Source: Amphiscolops sp. MND2022 (lineage: Eukaryota). Taken from it: 64,000 nucleotides of DNA. Below the pieces are notes generated by a model. That model was not told the origin of the DNA. It did not search any database and was given only the letters and a program-made list of their open reading frames with translations. Made by a program: the position numbers and the translations under genes. Location of the stretch: contig OZ076409.1 of the NCBI GenBank assembly GCA_964187785.1, positions 4,590,001 to 4,654,000 on the forward strand, in the 5' to 3' direction. Below, piece after piece: positions 61,301 through 64,000 of the stretch (position 1 is the stretch's first letter; every line of letters begins with the position of its first letter).

Positions 61301-64000
61301 CCGTATAGGTGGAATCTAAATCTCTCTAGACCCCAAAATACGGCTTGTATTTCTAGTTCACCGATTGAATATTTTTTTTCGGCGTCATTTAAGTAGCGGC
61401 TGGCGAATGCAATGGGTTTTAGCTCATTGTTGCTTTGTTTCTGCCATAGTGCTTTTCCAAATCCGGTTTTGCTGGCATCTGTGGTGACAATATTATCTTT
61501 GTTGCCGTTGTAATGTGCTAGGAAGGGTATTTTTGTCAATTCTAGTTTTATTTTGTTGAAGTCTGCATTTCTGTCCGTCCAGTCCCATTTTGTTTATTTT
61601 TTGAGTAATTGTCTCATATTATCGGTTTTCTCGGAAAAGTTGGGTATAAATTTTGCAAAATTTTGTATTGCGCCGAGAAATGATTTTAATGTTTTAGTAT
61701 TTGTAGAAGGTTTCACTTTGCTGATTGCGTCCGTTTCTGCTTTGTTTGGTCTGATACCGTCTTGTGATATTGTATATCCAAGCCATACTGTTTCTTTTTG
61801 GTAAAATTTTGATTTTTTTCTTGCTTGCTCGGTATCCCTCGTTTTCTAGTTTGGAGAGTGCCGAATATAGTTTTCGGGTGTGTTCTTCTTTTGTTCCGCG
61901 GATGACGATAATAATGGCGCCGAGCCAGACTGGTATTTGATGGCCCAGTGTTCTATCGATTTTCTCTTGGAATATCGTTGGTATATCTGCTGGACCGTAA
62001 AATCCCTTCAGGAATTGGTAGTAGCCATTCATGTTTTCACCGGTTACAGCGAAGTTACAGTGTTTGCTGGTTTCCGGTGCTAGTTTCATCTGTCCGTAGG
62101 CATAATCTAGATCTATCACGGATATCCAAATTGGATCGTGGTTGTTTCTTGATAGTTCGGCGGATATTTGGTTCAGTAATTTTTCCATATTTGGCATGTG
62201 CGGTCTTTTTTTCTCACAGCTATAGTTCAGTTTGCGTGCATCTAGTACAATTTTTACTGTCTTGTCTTTCTTTACCGTAATCACTAGGGTGATACGAAAC
62301 AGTTTTCTTCGATTGTTTCTAGTCTTTCGAGATGTCCGGACTTTATTAGTCGATCTAGTTCAATTTTTACACTTTTCTGGAGGTGGTATGGTATTGGTCT
62401 GGTTTTTTGTTTTATGGGGTAGCATTCCGGTTTTATTTGGACTTTCACTTCCGCGTTTTTAATCGTATGGTTTGTTTCGAATAGTTCGTGGAATTTTGTG
62501 TGGATTTCCTTGGATTGGTTGTTCTGTTCGTCCAATAGGATTTTGTAAATGGTAATTGGTAGTTGTTTAAGCCAGTTCACACCTAGTAATGGTGTGATGT
62601 CGTCTCTTTGTGTGATAAGTATTGGTAACTTTTTAATTTCGCCATTGTATTCAATATTCGCCCATATTTTTCCCAAAAACTTGATCTCATTTTTGTTTAC
62701 GTCTTGATATCTTTCTTTCAGTGGGTGTATGTCTCTTGGTTTGTATAGCTTTGGTTTATATGGCATGATAGTGACCGGAGTTCCGGTGTTGATGGTAAAG
62801 TTTTGATATTTCCCAATAATTTTCAATTTGATACCGTAATTGTCGTTTTTGTCTGGTAGTATTTTGTTGAATTGGGTTATTTGTTGGATTTCTTCCGGTT
62901 CACTCTCTTCTTCTTCGCTGTTTGCCGCTTCGAGGTAATTAACTCTTTGTCTTCTTGCATTGTCTGTTTTGCTGCGGCACACTCTCGCGAAGTGTCCTAT
63001 TTTGTGGCAGTTGTTGCATTCTACGGTCTTCGCTGAGCATTTGTGTTGTGGGGACCAATTTTGTTGTCCGCAAATTCCTCCACAGTTGTTATTTTTTGTT
63101 GTCTTTTCGGTGTTCTTCCGGTGGTTTGTTTATCTCGCAGTTGTATTTTTTTGTATTGGTTCTTCTTTTATTTCCTTTTCTTTTGCGAGTACTGGGGGGA
63201 TTGTCGATTGTTTATGTCTCTTGTCGTAACTGTCTGGGTTACTGAATCCACGGTGATTTTTAAATTCACTGTGTTTTCTCGGATTAGTTTTTCCCGTAGT
63301 TTCTTGTCGGTAATGCTGGTAATGAATTTTGATACTAGTAGGTCTTCCTGTTTGATATCTTTGAACTCGCAATCTTTTTCTAGTGATACTACTTTTCGCC
63401 AATGGTCCTCCAGTGTTTCATTTTCTTCCTCTTTCGCCCAGAAGAAGTCTCCGCGATTGTGGTAGGTATTGTGTTTCGGCATGTAGTAATCTTTGAAAAG
63501 CTGTGTTATTTTTCGGTGTTGATCGTGTCTGGGTCGGTGTTAAATTCTCCTTTTGAATTTCTATTGCGGATGGTCCGGCGCCCCAGATAAAATCTAGTCT
63601 TATGTGGTCTCTATTGTGGGTTCTTTTTCCGTCCATCCATTGTTCGTGAGCATTGTTTCGCCGGATAAAGACGGTTTTATGTCGATGTCATGGATCCGTT
63701 TGATATAGTGTCTCATTCGTTCGGTCCATTCTTTGGGAGTATATAATTTCTTTCCGTCGAGTCCAGTGTCTTCAAGGTAAGGTAGTAGTATGTTGTTTGT
63801 GGTTGTTGTTGCCATTGTTTCTTTTGTTGGGTAAAATGGGTTTTTACACGGTAAAATTGATATCTTGTTTACTGTGCCATGTTGTATTCTGGTATTCTAC
63901 AGTTAAAACAAGGTTCTGTTTTAAGACTTTAACTCAGATCTCTTTCAGTATCAAGTTATCTCAATCTATTCTAACAGCAAAGTGACAGCAATTAGTGTTT
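58040..64000 (-). mobile_element. Decayed Ty3/Gypsy LTR retrotransposon (gag-PR-RT-RH-IN); 5' LTR not seen in the window
   Basis: Gag fragments from 63815, CX2CX4HX4C knuckle (CNNCHKIGHFARVC ~62975-63020), protease INTGTPVT, RT IDLDYAYGQ/GFYGPADIPTIFQ, RNase H DASKTG, integrase HFGHPG..CSAC and GLVERTIQSLK; numerous frameshifts. Confidence 0.93.

Overview
AT-rich animal (invertebrate) genomic DNA, not prokaryotic. One protein-coding gene can be reconstructed on the + strand: a GRWD1/RRB1-family WD40 ribosome-biogenesis/histone-binding protein. It has 8 GC-rich coding exons from 6322 to 48813 that join in one frame (1572 nt, ~523 aa); the 5' end is uncertain and the last intron appears to be GC-AG. 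Almost everything else is repetitive. The first visible intron holds a ~16.7 kb satellite (~102-104 bp monomer) with layered higher-order repeats. Other repeats are two decayed APE-RT LINEs, a decayed Ty3/Gypsy element with an internal inverted duplication, and a second Gypsy fragment. About 20 copies of two Helentron/DINE-1-like non-autonomous families occur, often nested, along with several hAT- and piggyBac-type MITEs with clear target-site duplications and tRNA-derived SINE heads. All calls are by eye; no searches or folding programs were run, and repeat boundaries are approximate.
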